Assembly (NCBI RefSeq): GCF_006345805.1
Contig: NC_043000.1
Location: forward strand, 83,328,001 to 83,392,000
DNA: 64,000 nt
Reading direction: 5' to 3'
DNA from: Octopus sinensis
Lineage: Eukaryota
Position 1 is the stretch's first letter, and every line of letters starts with the position of its first letter. Position numbers and translations under genes: made by a program. Below the pieces are notes generated by a model that had not been told where the DNA came from, made no database searches, and saw only the letters and a program-made list of their open reading frames with translations. This document shows, one piece after another, positions 27,585 through 39,900 of this stretch.

Positions 27585-28128
27585 ATGGCGGAATTCTTAT
27601 TTAAGCACCCCATACAGCCTCTCATAACTTTTTTAACTTTTTGCAATTTTCAGAAAATTTTTGCGAATTTGTGTTCTACACACGGAAGTTCATACGATTA
27701 TGACAGAAAAAAATCTATTTAGTGTGAGTGATTTGACGAAGATTTAAGCTGCTGTTTTTAACACATCCCACGACCACCTGATACCGTCCTCGCTTCTTAA
27801 CCACTTAGACATTCATTGATGTTTTTCAATATTTTTCTCCCCGTAAACGCATTTAATGGAATAATGATGCATCCAAGGGTGATTCACGGATAGGATTTAA
27901 GCAAAAAATTTGAACTGTCCGTGTTTTAGATTGGTTTTTTTTTTCTAAAATCCGAAAAAGAATAGGCATTTTAGGATTTATGGCGCCGGGTAGAATGTTT
28001 TAAGAGAATAAAAAATTTTTTTTTTCATAATCATATGAATCCTCGGGTGTAGCACACAAATGTTTTATGAAAACCTCCTAAAATAAAGAAAAAGGTTATG
28101 AAAGGTGCTTAAACCAGAATTCAACCCT
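27585..28128. mobile_element. ~544-bp MITE with TTAA target duplication (Kolobok- or piggyBac-like)
   Basis: Left TTAA|atggcggaattcttatttaagcacc; the right end read inward is TTAA|agggttgaattctggtttaagcacc. About 25-bp imperfect TIRs with TTAA at 27581-27584 and 28129-28132. Confidence 0.7.
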
Positions 28129-28760
28129 TTAAGCACCTTCTTGCAGGTGAGACGAGTATAAAATTTACCAAAGAAATGTTTTCATAGTCAACCGTCAACT
28201 GGTCGGAAGTTAGTTCAACAAGCCCAAGGCATTAATCGATGACAAATCTGGACGTTCGAGAGATATTGCCGAGCTGTTGAAGATGGCGAAGGCCATTAGA
28301 AAGTGTGTGTGCGTGGTGCACGAGGACCACACACATACTACCTGATTAGGAGAGGATAGTTCATCTCCTGCACGATCCGGAGGAACTGTGAGCACGTAAG
28401 CACCAAGACCATACAACCATTTAGCTCTTGATTAAGACGAGTTGAATTGCGTTGACCCTAGACATGGGTCATCGTCGGGGAATGGAGAATTAATGTGTTC
28501 CCCACCTCCTCCAAAACCAAAGACTTGTTGGGGGTCTGCCGTTGCGGGTGACATGAACAGAGGCAATATGATGCTGGTATGAATTCACTTTTGTGACCAC
28601 ATCGGGACTGGAGAAAGTTTTGTTTAATAGTACCGTTTTTTTTTAATGTATCTAGTTAAAACCGACGGTACAGCTTTTTTGTTATTTCTTGTTTTTCCCG
28701 TCTATTTTGTTTTCGATTATCTGTTGCACTCCGTATATATTATATTCCACAAATTAAAGT

Positions 28761-28807
<47 letters not shown>

Positions 28808-29490
28808 TCGTCAAACTAAAGGGTACCCAAACAAAGAAAGAAGTAGAAAGTAACAACCATAAATATTAAAAAACAATGTAGTTATTTCAAGGAAGGCAGC
28901 TCACTTATAGTTAATGTAAACAAAGATAGGTTACAGCTGAGATTGAAAGTAAAAACAATACGAGAGGAAGGGTGGGAGTTTTAAACAATTTCGCTAGGTG
29001 GTATTTATGGTAGCATTTCTCGTAAATTAGATACAAAGGAACAATAGACTGAGAAGAGATACAGCGTAATCAAATACAAATAATATAAATTTAGTTTATT
29101 AAGGTTGCTCAATTGAAAAATTTAAACTATTATATCGTATACATCAGCCAGAGATAACCTGCTAAGAATAATATACATTTGTTTTATATATCAAATACTT
29201 CTTTGACCAAACACATGGTCCATTCATGTTAGGAATTTATATAAAACTTGGTTAAATATTAAACCCGACCTTTATCGTCAGAATAAAACATTGTGGAATT
29301 GCATCGCATCAAAATTCCGTCTGTCTATTATTTACAATGTCGTGTATCATGGTAATTCTATATTGACAATTAAGTATAAAATAATTGTTTCAAAAGAAGA
29401 AGAACCAGTTCACTTGAATAAGTATAATGACGAACGCATACATTTTATATTATATTATATATATATATATAGCCCCTTGTGGGTAGTAAA

Positions 29491-29558
<68 letters not shown>

Positions 29559-30199
29559 ATGTATACGTGTGTGTTTATACGCATTTTTATGTACGGGTAT
29601 ATCGACTAGATTGATAAATAAAGCTTTTACGATATGAGAAAAGAATGCTGCTTCAATAAAGAATTCTGCTTACTTGATCGAGGCAATTTTGGCCCTTCGC
29701 CTTCTGGTGAAGTAGAACTTCGTAGATCACGTCGCTTGCGTCCGAAACCAGGCACCGGATTCTCATCCTGGGGAACCATTAATAAACACCAAAATTAATA
29801 TGAAATCAAATTACAATTTCTCTCTCTCAGACGGCGAGAAGCAAGTCGCTTACTTGATAACCAATCAGATGAGGCCACACAAATTAGCCCTCTTGGTCTC
29901 CGAACTGTTACAAAACAACAGTTTCTAATGGATACAAAGCGTTTACTTCTTTTTCTCTCTCTCTTTCTTTCTCTCTATCTCGCGCACCTGTTGTTTGTTT
30001 TGCTGCGATCTTTTTCTTTTTTTAAAGTTTACTACGCTTTAGGTGTTTTTATTTTGATAATTGAAACATGTCACTTTCAGATGTCTATTCATAAAAGATA
30101 ACGGGCAGGACCTCGGACAGAAAGATGGAAAATCAAAGTAAGACTGCTTTCAGAACCCAGGAGGTGTGGGAGCCTCTCAAAGTAGAAGTGGGGACTTTA

Positions 30200-30348
30200 A
30201 GAGTTTTACGTTCTGAGTTCAAATTCCGCCTTTCATCCTTTCGGGGTCGATAAAATAAGTATCAGTTGTGTACAGGAGGGTCGATGTAATCGACTTAGCT
30301 CCTCCACCGAAATTTCAAGCCTCGTGCCTATTGTAGAAAGGATTATTA

Positions 30349-30406
<58 letters not shown>

Positions 30407-31145
30407 CATCATTATTGAGTGCCCTGCTATTGAGAATTTTATTTAACTATTTATTTATTTCTCTAATTTCTATTATATATATCCTCTGCTATATCCTTTT
30501 ATGTGGTAGGCTGTCCCTTTGATTGATGTAAAGCCCACCTGTTTTTGTATGTTTTGTTTGTGTGCTGTAATTCCTCCTTCGATATCGTTCTCCCTGTCCT
30601 GGGCTCGTGTGACCTATAAAAGAAATCATTATATTATTGATGAGGCGGCAATCCGTCTGCACGTTCTGAGTTCAAATTCTGCCGAGGTCGACTTTGTCTT
30701 TCATCCTTTCGAGTTCGATAAATTAAGTACCAGTTGAGTACTGGAGACGATGTAATCGATATTCCCGTCTCCCAAAATTTCAGGCCTTGTGCCTATAGTA
30801 GAAAGGATTATTATTATTATTATGGCGGCGGCGAGCTGACAGAATCGTTGGAACGCCGGGCAAAATGCTTAGCGGCATTTCGTCCGTCTTCACGTTCTGA
30901 GTTCAAATTCCGCCGAGGTCGATTTTACCTTTCGTCTTTTCGGGTTCGATAAATTAAGTATCAGTGAAACACTGGGGTCGCTGTAATCGACTAGTCCCCT
31001 CTCCCAGAAAATGGCTGGTCTTGTGACAAAATTTGAAAGCATTAATCATCCTTTTCGAGGACGATAAAATAAGTACCAGTTGAACACTGGGGTCGACTCA
31101 TCCCCTCCCCCGAAATTGCTGTCCTTGTGGCAAAATTTGAAACCA
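30200..31145 (+). mobile_element. Cluster of four head-to-tail SINE family B copies or fragments, partly separated by (ATT)n
   Basis: Segments ~30200-30340, 30640-30810, 30822-31035 (full head ggcggcgagctgacagaatcgttgg...gagttcaaattccgccgaggtcga) and 31045-31145. (ATT)n at 30342-30416 and ~30806-30821; ATT/CAT-rich tract 31146-31220. Confidence 0.88.
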
Positions 31146-31589
31146 TTATTATAATTATTATTGTTGTTATTATCATTAGCATCGTCATCATCATTATCAT
31201 AATCATTATTATTATTATTTACGGATTAACCCTACAAATAGGTAAAATACAGAGCATAGAAAGGACGCTAGAAGTTCAGACACAATGAAGATAAATACCA
31301 GTTCGTAGTAAGGTACACAATAGTTGAAGAGCTGTAACAAGAAGTTGTGGCGTAAAAGCAGAGCCGGTTACTGCACGTGTCGTGTAAGAGGTTGTGGCTG
31401 CTATGCCGCTGCCGGTTACTTGATACAGGAAGATCTCGCAGGTAGTACTTTCTGTTAACCACGGTGAAGTAATTCACAAACAGTGAGGAGTTAAACCTGA
31501 GCGAATGTTGTTGGCGACGTTGATGGAGGTCCTAAAAGCTGCTGGTGTTGTCTGTCGCTGGAACTGGCTGTGTGCTCTGTGGTCAGTGG

Positions 31590-31790
31590 TTAGACTTTAG
31601 AAGGTCTAGAACCAAAGATGAAATACAGTTTCTTGTGACTAGCTTTTATAGGGACTAGGAGGATCCAACGAAGATTTAGAAGACTGTGTCACGGAACCTA
31701 ATCGGAAGGTTGCAGTTGGTTGGGTTGCATATTGGCGCGTAATATAGCAAGAGCTAAATTGCGCCAATACCAACCAATCAGAGTAGTGGA
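31590..31790 (-). promoter_or_regulatory. Possible Pol II promoter or LTR-U3-like segment (CCAAT + TATA)
   Basis: CTATAAAAG on the minus strand at 31642-31650, ccaatcag at 31774-31781, inverted pair tattggcgc (31730-31738) / gcgccaata (31761-31769); CpG-rich. Motifs only. Confidence 0.25.
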
Positions 31791-31855
31791 CACAACAGGG
31801 TCCAAACGGCCGAAGACTAGCTGTTATCTGCTACGTCCGTATTTATGTTATATAT

Positions 31856-31856
<1 letters not shown>

Positions 31857-31898
<42 letters not shown>
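31857..31898. repeat. (GA)n microsatellite
   Basis: Directly visible. Confidence 0.97.
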
Positions 31899-31902
<4 letters not shown>

Positions 31903-32436
31903 TCACTAAGCGTACGCTACATATCCAAACCCAGTCGAGCAACCTTCTAAATGCCCCTCTGCATAAATATTATGCGACTCAGTAAGTGAATCACTGTAGG
32001 ACGATCGACCGGCCAGAAATAACAGCCAAATTCCTCTCAAAGCATGTGCTACTGACTTTACAAAAAGAAGGACATGTAAGATCGTATTGTTTTAGATATA
32101 CAAATAGATGGAATTGTCACAACTGAAATATTTTGATGAAAAAACTTGTAAATAGCAAAAGAAAAACATAAAAAGACATTAACTGAAACCAAACCCAACA
32201 TTTGAGCTTAGAAAGCACTCAAGCGTACGATAGCTTAATATTCCCGTGTCGTCAAATATGCCAATGATAGAAAATGGCGCATCAAAACAAAAGGAGTACC
32301 GAATATTAAATGTCGGCAATCGAGTAAATATATGTACATACACAGAATTGAAGCACTTGAATAATCACATGCGGTTGTAACGTATCGGTTGAAAATAATA
32401 TTGTCCACGCCTGTATATGTGTGCGAGTATTTATAC

Positions 32437-32483
<47 letters not shown>

Positions 32484-32489
32484 ATCATC

Positions 32490-32785
32490 ACATCACATCA
32501 CGTGACCGACCAGACCATCAGATGTTGTTACACATCGCTGGTCACAATGTGTTCGCATTGTTTTAGCCTTTGAATGACGCCACCCCGCTGGCTAAGCGAG
32601 CAGGCCAACAGAAGAAAGAGTGAGAGAAAGAGTACAGCAGGGATCACCACCCCCTGCCGGAGCCTCGTGGAGCCTTCAGGTGTTTTTGCTCAATAAACAC
32701 TCACAACGCCCGGCCTGGGAATCGAAACCGCGATCCTACGACCGCGAGTCTGCTGCCCTAACCACTGGGCCATTGCGCCTCCACG
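32490..32785 (-). mobile_element. tRNA-derived SINE (third family), near full length
   Basis: Minus strand head gtggaggcgcaatggcccagtggttagggcagcagactcgcggtcgtaggatcgcggtttcgattcccagg with A/B boxes; tail ends in (GATGT)n. Confidence 0.75.
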
Positions 32786-33849
32786 TGAATAACACGCGCT
32801 CATCATATTCTGCAAAAGACCGAATTGTGGTTTTCTTTACATATTGCATCTCTGTCACTCGAATACGTTGAGCGGCTTTCGTCCCTTCGTGTCTAATCTG
32901 ACGACGCAGCCTATGTTGCTTGCGTTGAATAATTTATCAAGGACCAGTCTCACCGCAAGCACGTCTGTCGCAATACCTTTCATAGTGTCTCTTTCAAGTT
33001 TATAATTAAATTTCCCTTTATTCTAGTTTTGTCTATCGTCATTTCTTTTCTAAATCTTATAGATTCCACTTCAATCGTTCTTTTAAGGGCGAAGCCATTG
33101 CCCCCGTGGACGCCTGCCTTAATAATTCGCAATTTGTGTTTCTGTAAGATTGGCGTGCCGGGAAAGACCCATTCAGCTTCCATCATACAAACATTGAACA
33201 TCCTGTTTCAATGTTGCCTTTAATCTGTTCTATCATTCACAGAGTGATATCTCTGATATCGTTGTTTTCTAAAATATACAAAGCTTGAATGAGATCCACA
33301 TTGAATTATTACTCCCTCAAAAAGATCCGGCGCTACCATACAAATATCGTAAACCACAAAAAACCAACTCGACTTGACGAAGGGCGTGCGCTAATGTACA
33401 ACACAAACATTTGATCATTATAAACCTTCTTTCTCGGACTACAAGAGACAATCATATTCATAGAGTCCTCTGCTCTTCGGAGCTGGTTGGTTCGTACTAA
33501 CTTCACTCGGGTCGTTTCTATTAACTCCCCTCCCCTCCACCCATCGCCCTTATTACCCCACCCCAACGTCAGACCCCGCAAAAACTATTTCATTCAGTTC
33601 TTCTTTTTCAGAATATTCAGCTTTCCGAATTTTCCCCACAGTCTATGTTTTTTTCTACGGTCGTTAACTTGCAGCTGTTCAAGATGTCATTCAATCGCCT
33701 CCATCTCAACTAACACCGAGGCCTTCGAAAGCTATGAGCGTAGCCCTTTCCACTACGCTACAAAGTAAGTCATTATCATTGTTGATATGTTTTAAATCTT
33801 CACACTAATTACCATTAATTATACTATAACAAGCAAACGTGGGAACCTG

Positions 33850-34025
33850 TACGTCATTGCTCGATCTGCCAGAAACAGCAACTAAAAATCTCTCAAATGT
33901 TTGCCTGCCATCAAAGAAAAGAACGTAATCTCCACATAGGGAAGAGGCGGGATATCTCACGGCGTGAATGCTTTTGATCATAGGTTTGTTTCATTAAGGT
34001 TGACCCAAGACTAAACAACAATTTT
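33850..34025 (+). mobile_element. Interspersed repeat ending gaatgcttttgatcatagg...ctaaacaacaa
   Basis: Related segments at ~18150-18295 and ~32000-32130. Confidence 0.5.
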
Positions 34026-35904
34026 ATCGTAAACAATATATTTGATTGGCAGAATCTGAATAATTGTGCTACTATTCTACATTAATTACACTTATACTGA
34101 CTAGCCTTGCTAATTACCTTCTTGTTAATATAAGCGTCGATTCGAAAATGTAAAAATCTAGGCAATGTATTCGTTATTCCTATATAACGATTTTTACATA
34201 AGATTATTCCATATTTAGATGATTCTTGAATGGAAGAAAACGCCCGATTCTTCAGTAAAAAATATCAAATGATTTTATCAATATATATATAAAAAAAAAA
34301 AATTTCATTTTTAATACTTACTCTTTCTTCGAAGATTTCAGAAGCGATAAAAAAGTGTCGAAATTTCTTTTCAATATCATTCTGAAGATTTTCCAGTTCT
34401 CCATAGTTGAAGCCATTTTTAAACGGGTTACAGATTCTTTGTTTCCTGATAAAAAGAAAAGAACATATGCCGTAAATCTTTTTGAATTTGAACCGGGATC
34501 ATCACTCTTAACAGCTTAGAATATTCTTTATTTGTTTCGAATCATTTTCATAAAAGGGGAAAAATCTATTCGATGTGTGGTAAGAAGTTTTGCTTCCCAC
34601 CCACATGGTTCTGGGTTCAGTTCGACTGCATGGACAAGTGCCTTCTAATATAGTGCCAAGCCGACCAAAACTCGTGAGTGGACCTGGTGGAGGGAAACCG
34701 AAAGAAGCTCGTCGTGTGTGTGTGTGTGTGTATGTTTGTGTGCGTGTATGTGTATGTGTCCCACAACCGCTTGACAGCCAGATAATGTGAATAAAGAGAA
34801 ATACACCAATGATAAATTTGGATAAGAAAAAAAAGGGAGATAATTTGAAGAAATTAGAAAATAATCTGTTAATTTACTTAGAAAGAACGAAAGTCTGATC
34901 TTGTAAGCAAAAGGAAATCTACGTACATGTTTCTGTTTGTTAGACTTCATCAGCAAAACCTATTCTATGTAAGCCTGGTTGATTAATTGACAAAAATTCT
35001 TTACACGCATTAATTGTAGAAAATAATTTTTGATAAATTAATTTGCATTATTAAAACTAAATAAAATGATCTAGGGGAAAGAATTCAAATGGGTCGATTG
35101 CACGAAATGGATAACTAAGAGGTCATATAGTAAATGTTGAATGAAATTCGCTACATCTCTTCAAAAAAACTTAACTTTTGTCGGTCTGAACTCTTTCTTT
35201 ATATTGCTTTCTTTTTGTATATTAAGCAAAATAGAATGAAGTAAACGAAGAGAAAGATATATATTTTCTCTAAAAATCTTACTAAACTCATTCAAATATT
35301 ACATGCATATGCATATTGCATATTGTCATTGTTTTCTTTCTAGGAAATAAATAGAGGTGTTAACTCCGAAAATCTTAGTAAAACCAAACTTCTGAAGTTT
35401 GCAACGAAGACTGTCATTTGTGACTGAAGTGTTTATTTGACACAGAATCAACAAAACTTGATTTTCAATAATGAATCATGCCTAAACATCTCTGGGAAAG
35501 GGTTACAGATTTCTTACTAATGCAAATCGATTCTAAGCATCAATCAGAAATTGCAAACGCATGAAATATTTTTGTTGTTTTTTAAACAATTATACGCAAC
35601 AACTTTAGAAATACAGCTAAAGTTAAAATAAGCTGATAGTGGAAAATACGGATGAAGATATATTTTCTGCTTACCTCTTGGGTATAAGTGAGTGGGTCTA
35701 ATTCAAATGGAACACAAATCATAACAGGCAAAAAGATATGCGTATACGTTAAGAAATATGGCTTCTATTGTAGGATAAGTATTAGAGAGCTTCCCTAAAT
35801 AATTCGGAGCAGACGACCTAGTGAAGTCGGCGTTCTTCATCTACATATATGCAACTGAACGCTCAACTAACACAAGTGGAAGATGTCATACCGATGTTTG
35901 GGAA

Positions 35905-35994
35905 AAAACGTGTGTGAGTGTGTGTGTGCGTACGTGCGTGTGCATGCGTGTGTGCGTGCGTGCGTGTGTGTACGTGTGTGTGTGGTGTGTGTGT

Positions 35995-36038
<44 letters not shown>
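35905..36038. repeat. Imperfect (TG)n/(TGCG)n microsatellite
   Basis: Directly visible. Confidence 0.97.
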
Positions 36039-36040
<2 letters not shown>

Positions 36041-36634
36041 ATCCTTGGAGTGACGTGTGGGAGTGCATGTATGCACGCAAGTGTAGTCCTAAGGACTGTT
36101 GAATCTGAACAGTACACTAGTACTGTGATGACAAATTATGCTTTAAAATTTGAAGAATGGTGAGGAAAATGGCTGATAACCATCTGATTAGGAACGCCAG
36201 AGAAAGTAGAAAAACGCTAATCGTCCATTGGTTATTGATAATTAAAACTTATTTCTCCTGCCCTATAAAATGGGATGCAACAAAGTGATAGTATAACTAT
36301 GCAGGCAAAGGAATGCCAACCCCGGAAAATTTTGCTTGCTAGATGTTGTCTACAAATATTTATGTTCACCTTACCATGACATGGTCATCACACGATAACT
36401 AAATTTATGTGCAGATCTCTACCATTACCACAGTTTTTAAGACATTAGACGTTTTCTGGCAGTCAATGACATTCTGCAAAATATAGTTTACGGACATATT
36501 TTCTACTTAACAGTAGTATGACATGAAATTGACTGAATCCAAGGTAGAGAAGTACGTATGTTATTGTAGACAAACAATTCAATTTAAATTATTAGACATG
36601 TGGATTGTAATAATAATTTATTTATTTTAATAAT

Positions 36635-36845
36635 GATTCCAAAATTTGGCATAAGGCCAGTAATTTTTTTTTGGGGGGGGGTGAATAATTTGACCCCAGT
36701 GTTTCACTGGTACTTAATTTATCGACCCCGAAAGGATAACAGCCAAAGACGACCTCGGCGGAATTTGAACTCAGAGCGTAGCGACAGATGGAATACCGCT
36801 TAGCATTTCGTCTCGCGTGCTAACGATTCTGCCAGCTCGCCGCCT
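36635..36845 (-). mobile_element. SINE family B, full copy abutting the Tx1 (ATT)n tail
   Basis: Minus strand head aggcggcgagctggcagaatcgttagcacgcgagac starts right after the (TTA)n run at 36846-36911. Further copies at ~24765-24965, 42055-42245, 45130-45340, 50135-50210, 59045-59245. Confidence 0.88.
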
Positions 36846-36872
36846 TAATAATAATAATAATAATAATAATAA

Positions 36873-36911
<39 letters not shown>

Positions 36912-39900
36912 TTCTTTTATTTGTCACCAGGGCGAAGGATGAGGGGGACAATACAAAGACAGATATAAAGTGTGGGGGTTTACATATAATAGAATGTTAA
37001 AATAAAAAGTATATACGCTGTACATTAGAAGAAGGGAAGTATACATAGTATATGACTCTAGAAAAAGGGGGAACAAGTGATCGTGATGGTATCCTCCTGA
37101 TATAGGAGGACCTCTAGGGATAATCAAGAAACCCCACCATCCAAGATCACCCTGAATACTAAGGACGAGAGCCCTCTCTAACTTCTTTCATCCAACTCTC
37201 AAGTCTACACTGAGAATGGTACCATCCACTCTTGCTATTTTCGCAACTTTCACCCACCTTTTCATAAATTCACTCGAGAACAGCACCTCCCTCTCCACCC
37301 TCACTTTCCTTTTCAAGTGAAACTTGAAAAAGTCGATGAGGGCTTTACCAAAGAGGAATATTTCTGTCCTCATTCCTTTCAGCCTCGTCCACCAGATAAC
37401 CTATTTCGCCACAACCACCAGACAAAGGAAAACTACCTTGCTAGCCCGATTAAAGGAGGGCGGCGAGGTAATCATCCTTATGGACTCGGCTGACAGACGG
37501 ATCTGTCCTACACGCGACAGCAGCTGTTCGACATAACTCCACAAGTCAGTAATGCCCGGATACTGAACGGGAGCATGCAGGATGGTTTCGTCGCTCTGCG
37601 AGCACCTCGCACGTGCCCGCCTGACAGCACATCCGTGCCTGTAGAGCTTATGTCGAACCGGTATAGCTCCTCGGTAGCATTGTCAGGCCAAAGACATCTG
37701 GAAATTATCCACGACAGTCCCTAACCGGAAAGTCCTCCGGAATAGACTTGCCAGTTCGTCTTCGTCGCCACCTAGGCTCTCCCCGAGGGCGTCGTCGCAC
37801 TTCCCCGCTACTAATCCTCTGTAAATATCTAAAGTGAAACATCCACCGACTTATAGAGGATAGTGAGTGCCTGACGACATTCTAAACGCAAGGTGCCCAG
37901 TCTAGGCCTACCCTTTACCCAGGAATGCAGCTCCGTCAAGGAGACGGGCTGTGGAAAGGCGTTTCTCACAAACAGATCCCACACACATTCACCTTCTAAA
38001 AATCGCTGCACACGTTCACCTAAAAATCGTTACACACATTCACTTTCTAAAAATCGCGAATTAAATGCCATGGCATGCCTAAGCCACCATGCAAAGAAAG
38101 TTGGCAGTAGACCGACCGCCTGACCATTGGAACACGTCCCTTCCACAAGAAAATAAACAGGATACGCTCCGATCTAATCAAGCAGTAACTGGGGCAAGGC
38201 ACGACGGTTAGACGATAAATAATGACAGAGGTGATGTAGGCATTCGCCATCTCTGCCTGACCTTTCTGGAACAACTTCCTCTCTGCCCATTTCTGGGTAA
38301 GAGAGGTCACCCTGTTCTTCACCTCTTCCCAATTCTTATCCACCTGGCGGTCGGGACGAAACCAGACCCCGAGCAGTTTAACTGGTCCGTCAGTCCAACG
38401 TCTGACGGCATCGATCTGCCTCTCTAGATGCCCAAACGCATTCCCACCGACTTGTCAGCATTGATTTTAGCTCCTGCAACCGACTCAGATTCCTTTGCAA
38501 TGGAGCCGACCGTCTCCAGTTCTTAGGCGTTCGACACTATGACAGTGACCTCGTCCGTGTATGCAGACACTATCCTCCCGAGTCCAGTTTTGAAAGGGAA
38601 GCTTCTTAACTGTTCCAACTTCCGCAGCAGGGACTCGAGAGCCAGTTATTACAGAAGAGATGACAGTGGGCAGCCCTAACGGACTGAACGTGCAATACTA
38701 AACGGTTCCGATAGGTTGACCACCGAGCAGGTGCTGCTGTGCAATCCAGCCGCTGAAAATGGGTCCGAAACCGGCCGCTTTAAGGACGGCTTCCAAGTAG
38801 CGACAGATTACCCTATCGAAAGCTTTCTACTGATCTAAATTGATCAGGGCCCCACCGAAGCCAGCTTTAATCCCAGCTCTCTACGATGTATCGCACAAGG
38901 TGGAGGTTGTCGTGGATAGACCTGCTCGGGATTGCGCTCATTTGTACCTTCCCGACCAGACTACCAATGACAAGAGCCAACCTTTTCGCTAACACCTTGG
39001 CCAAAATCTTAAACTCTGTGTTTAGCAGATTTATGGGTCGGAAATTCCCTAGCAGGTCCCCATTATCAGCGTCCTTTCTCAGCAGTATTACTATTCCTCG
39101 GCTAACAGCACTAGGAATTCCCCAGTTCTGTTGCCAGTTACTGCCAAGAGGCTGCAAAACAAATCTGACATGAAAACATTGAATTTCTAGGGCAGACCAT
39201 CCAAACCGGACGATCTGCGACTTGTGAAATCGCTCATCGCCTCCCGTATTTCAGAGGCTGTAATCGGCTTTTGTAGAATCTCGCGTCAGTCACCAAAAGC
39301 TGTGGTAGATCGTCTAGGTACGAAGTAAAGTTCGCTACCGTCGTCGACTCATCACCCTCCCCAAACTGCCGCGCAAAGTGCTGCGGCAAAGCCGCACACA
39401 TCTGCCCAGAACCGAGTAATACACGTCCGTTCTGATCCGTCAAAGACTTGACCGTAGTTTTGTTTCCACGTCGCGTCTCTACCGTTCGGCCCCATCGGAC
39501 GGCTTCAGTTCCTTCGTGATTTGGCGCACGGGACTTAACTCTGACAGCGCAACCTTCATGTTCCGCCTGAAATAAATAGCCAAATATCATTCTCGCTGCT
39601 AACACGCGATACCTTTACTAATAGCCTCTTCTAGTTTGCTAACTAGTTCTCTATCCAATTTATTTATTTCTATTGCTAAATCTTTGCTAAACGCTATTGA
39701 TTATACTCTAATCGCTCTCCTCAGAGCGATCCACCACCGGTTGTTGACGATAGCTCCCATCAACTGCCGCTTAACTAGTTCGCTAATCCGGTCCCTGTAG
39801 TCTTTGTGAGCCGATAAGGACGAATTTAGCTTCCAGTAACCGGGTCCCTGTCTACGGGTCCTATCTAAATCGACTGAGCATATCACAAATTTGTCATCTG

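Noticed and set aside
29695-29760. CTGGTGAAG...CGAAAC with gcct/aggc flanks
   Set aside because: Core A6 is changed, there is no stem III or NUH triplet, and stem II is unclear. It may be a decayed PLE end but is not supportable as a ribozyme.
32690-32785. Functional tRNA gene (also heads at ~230-310, 10480-10543, 52225-52300)
   Set aside because: A/B boxes are present, but acceptor stems are not clean and each continues into, or matches the head of, a repeat family; these are tRNA-derived heads.
32800-33230. LINE endonuclease remnant (minus: ...KAGVHGGNGFALKR...)
   Set aside because: Only a loose resemblance to the APE GVG motif; too degenerate to call.
34915-34960. Minus-strand CTGATGA...GAAACATGTA hammerhead-like string
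   Set aside because: Stem II has only 2 bp and stem I barely pairs; compatible with chance.
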